Source: an uncultured Candidatus Saccharibacteria bacterium (GTDB taxonomy: Bacteria; Patescibacteriota; Minisyncoccia; Phycocordibacterales; UBA2100). From it: a DNA stretch of 64,000 nucleotides. Made by a program: the position numbers and the translations under genes. The stretch is from NCBI GenBank assembly GCA_964512835.1, contig CAZELA010000001.1:489372-553371 (forward strand). The letters run 5' to 3'. Below, piece by piece: positions 10,886 through 19,094 of the stretch. Each line of letters starts with the position of its first letter. Within the stretch, counting starts at the first letter, position 1. Under the pieces are notes generated by a model, which was not told the DNA's origin, searched no databases, and saw nothing but the letters and a program-made list of their open reading frames with translations.

Positions 10886-11530
10886 ATGGCCAGTCGTATC
10901 GTGCAATTGAACGGAAGCTTTGCCGATCGTCATGCAGCAACTACGGCGATCACGGAAGGATTGTTTCATTTGCAAAGCGGCAGCAACTACGGCTGCTACA
11001 CCAGGCGGCAGTGGTGGCCGAATATCGCCGACTGCGATGTGATCACGGTGCGCGGCAAGACGCGGGTGTTCGAACGAATGCCCGACGAGCCGCGCGACGA
11101 GTTCAGCACCGACGGCTACTGGTCGTCGGACTACGTGGTCGTGCTCGAAAAGCCCGACACGCAGCTGTTCCTGATACCGAATGCCGTACCCACGTATCCG
11201 GCAGAAGCAGCAATGGCCCGCGGATGCACCGTGATCATCGCGCTCATGATCGCATTCTGGGCACCGACGGCGGTGGCGTTCTTGTTTAAGCAGGGACCGT
11301 GGAGTGTCGTGTACGGGTGCGTAGTGCTCGGCGTAGTGATGCTGACATCGATGTACGAATATCGCATTCGCACGTTCTTCGCCGGGATCAAAGGCTGGTG
11401 GTACGTGTACAACGCGATCCGCGCGGGCAGAGGCACCCGCGAGCACTACAAGGAGCTCGTGGCACACCTATCCGAAGCGGACCACTACACGACCGCCTCC
11501 GTGAACAAACAAATTCTTCGATGGCTCTGA
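10886..11530 (+). CDS. hypothetical membrane protein
   Basis: 214 aa with a soluble N-terminal half and two or three TM helices in the C-terminal half. Confidence 0.45.
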   Translation: MASRIVQLNGSFADRHAATTAITEGLFHLQSGSNYGCYTRRQWWPNIADCDVITVRGKTRVFERMPDEPRDEFSTDGYWSSDYVVVLEKPDTQLFLIPNAVPTYPAEAAMARGCTVIIALMIAFWAPTAVAFLFKQGPWSVVYGCVVLGVVMLTSMYEYRIRTFFAGIKGWWYVYNAIRAGRGTREHYKELVAHLSEADHYTTASVNKQILRWL

Positions 11531-11553
11531 GCCTTGCGGCTCACCCATCCCCT

Positions 11554-11580
11554 AACAGCGCGGTTCCCCCGCGCTGTTTT
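11554..11580. terminator. bidirectional intrinsic terminator at the left edge of the low-GC island
   Basis: aacagcgcg-gttcccc-cgcgctgtt, a 9-bp GC stem followed by a T-run, between convergent genes. Confidence 0.55.
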
Positions 11581-11586
11581 CTCACG

Positions 11587-13827
11587 TTACGAGAAGGCAA
11601 CTGTCCCCTGTGCCTTGTTATAGATATCCAAGCGATTTCTAATCTCGACTCTTGAGACGAGCCAACCTCGCAGCTCACACTGTCTTACGAAATCGTCGAT
11701 TCTGTTCACCCCCTTTATTTCTTTTAATGTGATGACTAGACCAAATTTGAGCGCGGCGTCTCGCTTACTTAATCTTTCTTTGGCTTTAACGCTAATCCCC
11801 CACATACCCGCTCCATATACTTCGCGTGCACCAGGACGGTCGGCGAGTCTTTCGCAGATATGTTTTGTGTTATCCCACTTTCTAAATAGCGTTCTTGCGC
11901 GCCCCTCATATACGTAATGAATTTCTCCGTCGTTAGCGTTCTGGACATTTTTGTCTATGGATTTAATTCCATCACCTTTAACTCGCCCAAAATACACATC
12001 TAACTCAGAGTTGGTGTAATCCACGCCCTGATTACGTGAGCAGCTAGGAAAGTAGCAAAGAGTTGCTCTCGCGACGAAAGGATGCTTCTTATTGTGTATC
12101 GGAACCGGCAGCTGATAAGAGTAAGTTTCCCACTTTTCAGACACACCATTAATTACAAATTTAATTTCATCATCTTTTGACTGAATTACGTCCTCTATTC
12201 TTTGCGGAACAATACCGTGGCCCACGTAAGGCGCGCGTAATTCTTTAGGATCAACTCCATTCCACCCAGCGGCAGCGTCTACAATAAGCGCTTTTGCAAC
12301 CTCTCTTGTAAAGCCCATTATTTCGATTAGAAAAGCGACCTTTCTTGTTATCCAAGGTGCTGCGTAAGAAGTTCCAGACCTGTAAGACTCTCCCAACGGT
12401 GTGCAAACGCGCATGTAAGCGCCCTTGTCACCACCAAAAGTCGAGATGTCCGGTTTATTAAAGAATGAAAGAACCAGCCCCCTGCGCGAGTAAGAGGCTG
12501 GTTCTGCCATGGCGTTCACCGAGTTAACAATAATTCCATTGATGGAATCAGCGGGTGCGCCAATCATTTTTTCAACGTGACCGTCGCTCGCTTTCTTATT
12601 TGTGCCTGCGATAATAAAAATAACGTCGAGTTCGCTCTGGATACGGTCGAGGATAGCGGCTTCTGTAGATACAAAATTTGGGTTAATTTCGTTGTCTGAT
12701 CCAAGTGACACATTCCATACCTTAATGTCAGAATTCGACTCAACAATTTCGCGGATTCGTCGCATTATCGTAAACGCACTGTACCGTCCGTAAGTTGCAA
12801 CGCCAAAATGCCTGACACGGAACCGCCCGCAGCCGTCATCCAGCTCCGGATTGATGGAAGGGCCGTCGACAATAAGCGAAGTCACAGATGTCCCATGATC
12901 AAAATCACGGACGTCTTCGGGTATCTCTTTATCTGTCATTTTTTTGTAGTCGACCCACTCAGAGAAGTATGCGCCTTTATCAAAAAGCGTGTCTATCACA
13001 CCAATAATCGGCTCTCCGTTAGGTGAAGGGATTTTCTTCGTCTTCACTGTCTCCGATTTACTCTGCATCACGTCCTCATAACTTAGTTCAGAGAAATCTT
13101 CCGTTGCCATTGCAATTAGATACGGCGCTTTCGCTGCTAGCAGCGCAATTTCATCTGGATAAAGCAGGATCGTCGTATCGCTAATAATGTTGGTTTTGGC
13201 CACCTCAATACCGAGTGACTGCATCACCTTTGCTAAACTCGCTTCTGTACGATAAACAGTGATGATTGACTGCCCCTTCGTATTTGCACTGTTCTGCGGG
13301 ATCTTGAACCCCTCCACATAGTGCGAATCCACAATTACATTTGTGAAGCCAGTTTTTGAAGTTCCGTAATTCGAGAAATCTACATTTTTCTCTGCTATAT
13401 CAGATATCTCGTCATGCGTAATACGACCGCTGAACTCCGCATTCAATATTTTTATAGCGGTTTCAATTTTTGTAATTGTTTGCTGCAAACATACTTCCGT
13501 TACGTAATGTGTAATTACATGCTTAATCTCGCCCTCATTTCTAAATCGCGCCCCCACTATTGAGTTGTTAACCGGACCATTACCAGAAAAGAACCCTTGA
13601 ATTCTATTGCTCTTTGCGATTACGTCACGATAATACACATCTACTAAACACCCTTTTACAAGATCCCGTTTCGCCCAAAAATCCCTCAGTTTCTGAAGGT
13701 CGCCCTTCAGGGTGGAGAGCTTTTCGGCCGTTACTGGCTGCGCCGTCGCGGGAATATTCCGAGGCCCAGGCTTCGAGACACTCTGTCGCTGCTGAAGGAT
13801 GCCACGGAGCTGGAGTAAATCGTTCAT
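11587..13827 (-). CDS. S8 family subtilisin-like serine peptidase (IetS-like) with unknown N- and C-terminal regions
   Basis: 746 aa with an ordered Asp/His/Ser triad: GVIDTLFDK, DFDHGTSVTSLI (HGT motif) and GTSYAAPWITRKVAFL (GTSxAAP). Low GC (about 40-47%) versus about 60% in the flanks. Its ATG lies 4 nt after the upstream AAA gene stop. Confidence 0.8.
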   Translation of the reverse strand: MNDLLQLRGILQQRQSVSKPGPRNIPATAQPVTAEKLSTLKGDLQKLRDFWAKRDLVKGCLVDVYYRDVIAKSNRIQGFFSGNGPVNNSIVGARFRNEGEIKHVITHYVTEVCLQQTITKIETAIKILNAEFSGRITHDEISDIAEKNVDFSNYGTSKTGFTNVIVDSHYVEGFKIPQNSANTKGQSIITVYRTEASLAKVMQSLGIEVAKTNIISDTTILLYPDEIALLAAKAPYLIAMATEDFSELSYEDVMQSKSETVKTKKIPSPNGEPIIGVIDTLFDKGAYFSEWVDYKKMTDKEIPEDVRDFDHGTSVTSLIVDGPSINPELDDGCGRFRVRHFGVATYGRYSAFTIMRRIREIVESNSDIKVWNVSLGSDNEINPNFVSTEAAILDRIQSELDVIFIIAGTNKKASDGHVEKMIGAPADSINGIIVNSVNAMAEPASYSRRGLVLSFFNKPDISTFGGDKGAYMRVCTPLGESYRSGTSYAAPWITRKVAFLIEIMGFTREVAKALIVDAAAGWNGVDPKELRAPYVGHGIVPQRIEDVIQSKDDEIKFVINGVSEKWETYSYQLPVPIHNKKHPFVARATLCYFPSCSRNQGVDYTNSELDVYFGRVKGDGIKSIDKNVQNANDGEIHYVYEGRARTLFRKWDNTKHICERLADRPGAREVYGAGMWGISVKAKERLSKRDAALKFGLVITLKEIKGVNRIDDFVRQCELRGWLVSRVEIRNRLDIYNKAQGTVAFS

Positions 13828-13831
13828 ATAA

Positions 13832-14884
13832 CTATTCGCTCAGTTCTCGCGATACCTGACTTTTTGATACGCCGGTAAGCACCTCAATCTCTCTTACAGT
13901 GAATCCGCGACTTTGTAAGTGTTTCAAATCGTTTACGCTGTTACCCTCCTCCAGGGATTCATAGAACTTTCGCAAATAATCATATTCGCCATGTGGATCG
14001 CTAAATGCTAGAGACGTTTTAATCAAATTATTCATATCACCCGGAAAAGGTATGTGACTCATCGTTAGCAAAATCTTACGAAAGAGACGCATGTTTCGAC
14101 CTGCAAACTTAAACTTGTTTAGAAAGCGATCAAGTATGGACTCCGCTACTTCAACCAAATCATCTCGAGAGTAGCGATTGAAATTTATAACTGAATCAAA
14201 TCGGCGCAGCACTGCGCGATCAAACTGTTCAGCAAGGTTTGTCGTTGCTATGAGTACAATACTGTCACTCAAAGCATCCAGCCCCTTCAGCATCGAAGAA
14301 GTGACGCGTCCCATTTCCCGTAAATCATTCGCGTTAATTCGATCCAGTGCAATTGAATCGAGCTCATCAAAAAGAATTACGACCTTGTCGGGATGTGGAA
14401 GCTTGTTCAGCTCCTCAAAAACATGCGATAAGTTTTTTGATGTTTGCCCCAATTTACTATCAATAACTGCGTCAAAATCAATCGAAAAAAGGTCGCGATC
14501 TAGTATTCGTGCAATCTGCTTTACTGTCTCAGTTTTTCCGGTACCAGGCGCACCTACGAATAGAAATTTATTAACGCCAACCTTGTGGCCGATAGAGTTT
14601 ATAATCCCAACTATGTCGTTTTTTATCTGGGACGGTAGAGGTAACGACCTGTTTTCAGAGAGATCAATCTGCGTAAAAAAAGGCAAATCGTAATCATTGA
14701 CTTGCGGCACAAATGTGTTCGCGCCGGATAGTAGAGCCATAATGTACTGCGCTAGCTCAGAGTCCCCGCCAGCATCAAAATAACGCGCGATTTCATACGC
14801 CTCGCTCTTAAAGCCCGCATCATTTCTTTCCGCGTAGTATTTAATGAGGTTCAAAATATTTCGTTTTCGAATGTGATCCGACAT
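13832..14884 (-). CDS. classical AAA+ ATPase (IetA-like), possible degenerate C-terminal HTH
   Basis: Walker A GAPGTGKT, Walker B ILFDELD, sensor-1/SRH IATTNL..RAVLRRFD. The C-terminal FTVREIEVLTGVSKSQVSRELSE resembles sigma region-4/LuxR helix-turn-helix. Low GC. Confidence 0.8.
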   Translation of the reverse strand: MSDHIRKRNILNLIKYYAERNDAGFKSEAYEIARYFDAGGDSELAQYIMALLSGANTFVPQVNDYDLPFFTQIDLSENRSLPLPSQIKNDIVGIINSIGHKVGVNKFLFVGAPGTGKTETVKQIARILDRDLFSIDFDAVIDSKLGQTSKNLSHVFEELNKLPHPDKVVILFDELDSIALDRINANDLREMGRVTSSMLKGLDALSDSIVLIATTNLAEQFDRAVLRRFDSVINFNRYSRDDLVEVAESILDRFLNKFKFAGRNMRLFRKILLTMSHIPFPGDMNNLIKTSLAFSDPHGEYDYLRKFYESLEEGNSVNDLKHLQSRGFTVREIEVLTGVSKSQVSRELSE

Positions 14885-14985
14885 GCAGTGATTCTAGCAC
14901 ACCTGGGACAGATCACGGCCTATGTGGGACAAATTTTATCAACATGCACCTGCTCGAATATGTGAACAAGACCCCATAATGAGGC

Positions 14986-15213
14986 ATGCCCAAACAAAAA
15001 CTGATGGAGGAGCTGGTTAACAGGTACGAGGATTCGGCCATTGCCGGCAAGAGTGCCAAAGATGCAGGCGTGAGCTACAGCCCCGCCAGCAAATGCTTCA
15101 CCCTTAAATTCGATGTAGACGAGCACGAGCTAATCGCCAAGTTTCTCGCCGATCACCCGCAAGGCGGCGACGAACTCGAGCAAAACATCAAAAACTGGAT
15201 CAAGAACGGATAA
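14986..15213 (+). CDS. small hypothetical protein divergent from the AAA-S8 operon (possible regulator)
   Basis: 75-aa ORF in a 100-bp divergent intergenic region shared with the AAA gene. Intermediate GC; no recognised fold. Confidence 0.4.
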   Translation: MPKQKLMEELVNRYEDSAIAGKSAKDAGVSYSPASKCFTLKFDVDEHELIAKFLADHPQGGDELEQNIKNWIKNG

Positions 15214-15236
15214 GTTCGGATAGGTATAAAAAGCGT

Positions 15237-15270
15237 CTCCCTCGGCGTGATGCGCACACGCCGAGGGAGG
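15237..15270 (-). terminator. intrinsic terminator oriented for the minus strand
   Basis: ctccctcggcgtg-atgcgcac-acgccgagggag perfect palindrome. On the minus strand it is followed by CGCTTTTTATACC; on the plus strand it is followed by GATAGTCGC with no T-run. Confidence 0.55.
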
Positions 15271-15452
15271 ATAGTCGCTAGGAGCGATCTCCTGCGAGAC
15301 AAGAAGCTTCCCGGCCGCGGGAGGCGTGGCGCGGGCCTAAGGAACGGGCAGTACGTGGGTCCAAAAACCACGCGCGAGTTGGCCGCCCGTCGGGCGCGAC
15401 TCCTGAGCTTCGTCCGCCACCACTCTACCCTGTCGCATCCAAAAAATACATA

Positions 15453-15489
15453 TTCTCACATTCTTGCGAATATGAGAATGTTTTATACC
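15453..15489. promoter_or_regulatory. orphan copy of 37-bp quasi-palindromic operator (ArsR-type 13-2-13)
   Basis: acatattctcacattcttgcgaatatgagaatgtttt matches the site upstream of the ArsR gene at 31377..31413 at about 34 of 37 positions. Half-sites are ATTCTCAcATTCt / cGAATaTGAGAAT. Confidence 0.5.
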
Positions 15490-15490
15490 A

Positions 15491-15548
15491 ACAAAACAAA
15501 ACGGCCGCTCGTAATGAGCGGCCGGTCTGCCTAAAGGCGAAAGATCAG
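15491..15548. repeat. 58-bp direct repeat copy 1 (contains an intrinsic terminator for minus-strand genes)
   Basis: acaaaacaaaacggccgctcgtaatgagcggccggtctgcctaaaggcgaaagatcag is identical to 16294..16351. The hairpin cggccgctc-gtaat-gagcggccg is followed on the minus strand by TTTTGTTTTGT. Confidence 0.85.
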
Positions 15549-16210
15549 GTGTGCGCATACACGCCGAAGTAGCGCTTCGAGCACAGAGCCACGATCGTGA
15601 TCTGCAGCACGAAGAACGATCCCGGAATAATGGCCTCGGATGTCGACCAGTTCGGGACTGCCAGAACCCCAAACCCGCCGCCGATGAGGAACAGCATCCA
15701 CGGCCAAAACGGCTCACGATGCGGTTCATGCCACAGCGGGATCACAATCGCGACACCGCCGAGAACAACCGAGATTACCGAGAGGTAGATCGCGTAGTCG
15801 GGATCACTCTTGATCCCCCACGCCGCGACGGCAAGGGCAACGATGCCGATGCACGTCGAGTCGAGTTTGTTCCAGCCGGTAAACACATCCGACCAGTGAG
15901 ACTCTGCGCCGTTGAGACGAGCGATCTTGTAGTTCTTGCGGAATGCAAGCACCACCACAACAACGCCGCCGATCACATACGGGATCATCTGCCAGGCGAT
16001 GTTCTCGGCAGATCGCGTGTTGATGGCGTTTGCCACCATTGCCGCAAGGATCGCCATGTCGGACAAGACCCAACTGCCGATCCCCGAGATTGACGGGCGC
16101 GTGTCGTTTTTGCCGCTCACGCGCCACGCCGATACCCAGTACGGGATAAAGGCGATGGTCGAGAACACGACCGCAAGGGCCGCGTATACCTGCAGGCTAT
16201 TCAATTGCAT
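15545..16210 (-). CDS. hypothetical polytopic membrane protein (small transporter-like, about 6-7 TM)
   Basis: 221 aa, hydrophobic and Trp-rich, with GGAGG 9 nt upstream of the ATG. It has its own strong promoter and terminator module. Confidence 0.55.
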   Translation of the reverse strand: MQLNSLQVYAALAVVFSTIAFIPYWVSAWRVSGKNDTRPSISGIGSWVLSDMAILAAMVANAINTRSAENIAWQMIPYVIGGVVVVVLAFRKNYKIARLNGAESHWSDVFTGWNKLDSTCIGIVALAVAAWGIKSDPDYAIYLSVISVVLGGVAIVIPLWHEPHREPFWPWMLFLIGGGFGVLAVPNWSTSEAIIPGSFFVLQITIVALCSKRYFGVYAHT

Positions 16211-16257
16211 TGCCGAGGCCTCCGGTTACCGAATGGTATGGGAATTTGACTGTCATT

Positions 16258-16286
16258 ATTATACTACAATTTGTGCAATGCGTCAA
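16258..16286 (-). promoter_or_regulatory. sigma70-like promoter of the membrane-protein gene
   Basis: Minus strand reads TTGACG-17 nt-TATAAT. Confidence 0.5.
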
Positions 16287-16293
16287 TCAGCTA

Positions 16294-16351
16294 ACAAAAC
16301 AAAACGGCCGCTCGTAATGAGCGGCCGGTCTGCCTAAAGGCGAAAGATCAG
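16294..16351. repeat. 58-bp direct repeat copy 2 (terminator module after the dapD-like gene)
   Basis: Perfect identity with 15491..15548. Confidence 0.85.
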
Positions 16352-17487
16352 TTCTTGTGGACGGATGTGTTCAGCTCGACAGGTGCAGACGTCGGGCGCA
16401 TGAGCACTTGTCCCGTTTCGCTGTCGCGGATGAACGTCATCCCCGAGTCACCGGAAAGCGATGAGGCTTTTCGCACCGCACCATCGGGGCGCAAGACGCG
16501 CATGCCCGCGGTGATGTAGAGCCCGGCTTCGATACGACAATTGTCGCCGAGCGAAATTCCGGTGCCGCCGTTGGCGCCGATCAGGCAATTGCGTCCGATC
16601 GTGATCACCTCTTTGCCGCCGCCGGAGAGCGTGCCCATGATCGACGCACCGCCGCCGATGTCCGTGCCGCTGCCGACCCACACACCCTGCGAGATTCTGC
16701 CCTCGATCATGTTCGGACCTTCGGCGCCTGCGTTGTAGTTGCAGAATCCTTCGTGCATCACGGTCACGCCTTCGCCGAGATACGCACCGAGTCGCACGCG
16801 ACTCGCATCCGCGATCCGCACACCCGATGGCACCACATAGTCGAGCATCTGCGGTATCTTGTCGCGCGCATGCACCAAAAACGGCCGGCCCATCGTGAGC
16901 GCGTCCATGCGGCGCTCATGCAGATCCGCCTCGCTGATCGGTCCCTCGTTGGTCCACACGTTGTTGGGCAGGACCGCAAAGAGATTGTCGAGGTTGATAC
17001 CGTGCGGCCGCACCTTGCGGTGACTGAGCAAGTGCAGGCGCAGGTACGCATCCGGCACACTCGACGGTCCTTTGTCGCTCTCCTCTTCGGGAATCGCGCA
17101 CGCGACAACGCGCATACGCGTGTTGATCGAGTTTCTGAAAGCGGTATTCCGCAACAGCTTTGCCGCCCTGCGAAGCGCATCCACGTTTCCGTGGTGTTTG
17201 CCGTCGCCTTCTGTCCACTCGAAATATTCGAGCATCTCGCGCACGATATCGAGATTGAGCACGCCCATCGCCTGGTGGTCGCCGGTGTAGTTGAGCACCT
17301 TGGCAAACACGGCGGCGGTGCCATAGTTCTCGCGATGATTCGGCATCGGGTAGAGCGCATCGAGATACGCGCCGTTGCTGTCGACGGTCACGAATCCGAT
17401 ACCGAAAGCGCGCGGCCGCTTGTAGCCGGGCTGCTCCTCGAATTCGGTAACGAACTGTCTGAATGCGATTTGAGTCTGTATCCGCAC
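16348..17487 (-). CDS. dapD: tetrahydrodipicolinate N-succinyltransferase-like (long-form DapD) hexapeptide-repeat acyltransferase
   Basis: 379 aa. The C-terminal left-handed beta-helix (MHEGFCNYNAGAEGPNMIEGRISQGVWVGSGTDIGGGASIMGTLSGGG..IGANGGTGISLGDNCRIEAGLYITAG) and LRLHLLSHRKVRPHG resemble long-form DapD of proteobacteria. Assignment from memory. Confidence 0.55.
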   Translation of the reverse strand: MRIQTQIAFRQFVTEFEEQPGYKRPRAFGIGFVTVDSNGAYLDALYPMPNHRENYGTAAVFAKVLNYTGDHQAMGVLNLDIVREMLEYFEWTEGDGKHHGNVDALRRAAKLLRNTAFRNSINTRMRVVACAIPEEESDKGPSSVPDAYLRLHLLSHRKVRPHGINLDNLFAVLPNNVWTNEGPISEADLHERRMDALTMGRPFLVHARDKIPQMLDYVVPSGVRIADASRVRLGAYLGEGVTVMHEGFCNYNAGAEGPNMIEGRISQGVWVGSGTDIGGGASIMGTLSGGGKEVITIGRNCLIGANGGTGISLGDNCRIEAGLYITAGMRVLRPDGAVRKASSLSGDSGMTFIRDSETGQVLMRPTSAPVELNTSVHKN

Positions 17488-17556
17488 TTCGTTCTCCTCC
17501 TGTTTAACCGTTGTGCACCGTACCCGATTGAACCGAATTGTCGAGCGGTGCGTTGC

Positions 17557-18309
17557 TTAGTTCTCGCGAACCTTGTAGCCATCAAACCGCTCAGTGTGAA
17601 TCTGAGAACTGTGCACCTCGAGCGTGTGCAGCGCATCACGCATGGCTCCCACAAATGCATCGGTACCGACAATATAGAACTGACTGTCCGCCACATGCGG
17701 CGCGGATGTACGGATCAAGTCGGCGGTGATTCGACCGCGCAGGATGCCCGACGCGCCCTCGCGCGTAAGCGTAGGTATAAATGAGTATCCCGCTTGTTCA
17801 AGAGCAACTGATTCAAATTCCGCGCAAAACGGAATACTCGCACGCGACCGATCTGAATGAATATGTGTAACGGCGAGCGGCTCGCCTCCACGGATCAATT
17901 CGCGCAGAATGCTGCGGAACGGTGTGATGCCGATACCGCCCGATAGCCACACCTGCGGAGCGCCTGTACGTTCCCACAGTACACCGCCGGGATCGCGGAC
18001 CATGATCGCATCCCCTGCGGCAAGCGCATATGCAGTGTGTTTGAAATTTGAGTTGCGCACTCGCATCGCGATCATCAGATGTTCGTCGCACGGTGCGCTC
18101 GCGAGTGTAAATTCTTTGAGATGTTCCGCCTGAGCTCCGGGAATCGAGATCATGACGTTTTGCCCGGGAGTAAACGTAAAACCGCTCGGTCGCTCGATGG
18201 TGAGTGCAAGCGTGCTTTCCGCCACCATTGCACGCGATACAACGCGGGTACGATGAAAAGTGGTCGGCACATCACCGAATACAAACGCGAGTTCAGGGGG
18301 CAGTCCCAT
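17557..18309 (-). CDS. ferredoxin-NADP reductase-like FAD/NAD(P)-binding oxidoreductase
   Basis: The FAD-binding barrel includes FTLAS, and LSGGIGITPF is the NAD(P)-binding glycine motif. Start taken at MGLPPELAF. Confidence 0.6.
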   Translation of the reverse strand: MGLPPELAFVFGDVPTTFHRTRVVSRAMVAESTLALTIERPSGFTFTPGQNVMISIPGAQAEHLKEFTLASAPCDEHLMIAMRVRNSNFKHTAYALAAGDAIMVRDPGGVLWERTGAPQVWLSGGIGITPFRSILRELIRGGEPLAVTHIHSDRSRASIPFCAEFESVALEQAGYSFIPTLTREGASGILRGRITADLIRTSAPHVADSQFYIVGTDAFVGAMRDALHTLEVHSSQIHTERFDGYKVREN

Positions 18310-18310
18310 A

Positions 18311-18595
18311 TTACCGGTCCGGATCTCCGAGGTCTTTCCCCCACTGCCATCGCGGCTTTTCGCCGTAGGCATAACAAAAACGAATCAAACTGATTGTAAG
18401 GAGCGTGATCGGGAGAATGAATGTAAACAGCACTTCTGTAACGGTGGAGCGCTCGTCAATCGTGAGTGCGAACGCAACATCTGCGGCAATATACGCGACC
18501 ACGACAAGCCACCCCTGCCAGGTAACGGGCTCCCAGCCCCATCCAAATCTGCGGCGCTTGAACCAAATCTCTTTCATGACTCTACGATACACCAC
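18311..18595 (-). CDS. small hypothetical membrane protein
   Basis: 94 aa with two hydrophobic helices, lying between the VOC-family and FNR-like genes. Confidence 0.35.
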   Translation of the reverse strand: MVYRRVMKEIWFKRRRFGWGWEPVTWQGWLVVVAYIAADVAFALTIDERSTVTEVLFTFILPITLLTISLIRFCYAYGEKPRWQWGKDLGDPDR

Positions 18596-18602
18596 GAGCT
18601 CA

Positions 18603-18980
18603 TCACTGCTGTACTTTCGAGTAGTCGTACCAGACCGCTTCTATATTGTGACCGTCGAAGTCGAGGACAAATGCGGCATAGTACCCCGGCCAGTAATCGG
18701 TCCGATATCCGGGAGCACCATTGTCTTTTGCACCCGCAGCGAGTGCTGCTTTGTAGAATGCTTCGACCTCAGCTGCGCTCTGTGCCTCAAAGGCAATGTG
18801 ACCGGGCGTTACGCTCGCCGCCTTCGTGATCCACATATCGGTATTTTTTCCGTCGTTGAACCCGACAGCTTCGCCGTATTCCATGTTCTGCGTGTACCCC
18901 AGGGTTTGCAGTACATCTGTATAAAATTGTTTTGATTTTTCGTAATCAGAAACAGAAAGTCCAGTGTGAGCTATGACCAT
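18603..18980 (-). CDS. VOC (glyoxalase/bleomycin-resistance) family protein
   Basis: MVIAHTGLSVSDYEKSKQFY...GHIAFEA...HNIEAV matches paired beta-alpha-beta-beta-beta modules. The internal start is preferred. Confidence 0.6.
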   Translation of the reverse strand: MVIAHTGLSVSDYEKSKQFYTDVLQTLGYTQNMEYGEAVGFNDGKNTDMWITKAASVTPGHIAFEAQSAAEVEAFYKAALAAGAKDNGAPGYRTDYWPGYYAAFVLDFDGHNIEAVWYDYSKVQQ

Positions 18981-19094
18981 ACAGAGGCGAGCTATGAATA
19001 TTCGCCTCAGTATACCCGCGCGAATGCGTATGAAATATGAAAACGAAACGTCCGACATTTCTGCCGGACGCTGTACAACGTTGAAAAAGATCAC

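Noticed and set aside
14885-14985. Repeated tgggaca and atgcacctg words in the divergent promoter of the AAA-S8 operon as a regulator binding site
   Set aside because: They are too short and imperfect to distinguish from chance. The region is noted only as a divergent promoter.
15250-15450. Identification of the structured 200-nt region as SRP RNA, 6S, RNase P or a known riboswitch
   Set aside because: No conserved motifs of these families (SRP domain IV GGAAGCAGCC-type, RNase P P4 AGGAAAGTCC, guanidine, TPP or cobalamin signatures) were seen. It is left as an unclassified candidate small RNA.
16753-17784. 343-aa plus-strand ORF and several minus-strand ORFs overlapping the dapD-like gene
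   Set aside because: They are antisense or off-frame artefacts of a GC-rich coding region (Arg/His-rich, no motifs). The hexapeptide-repeat frame is clearly the real one.
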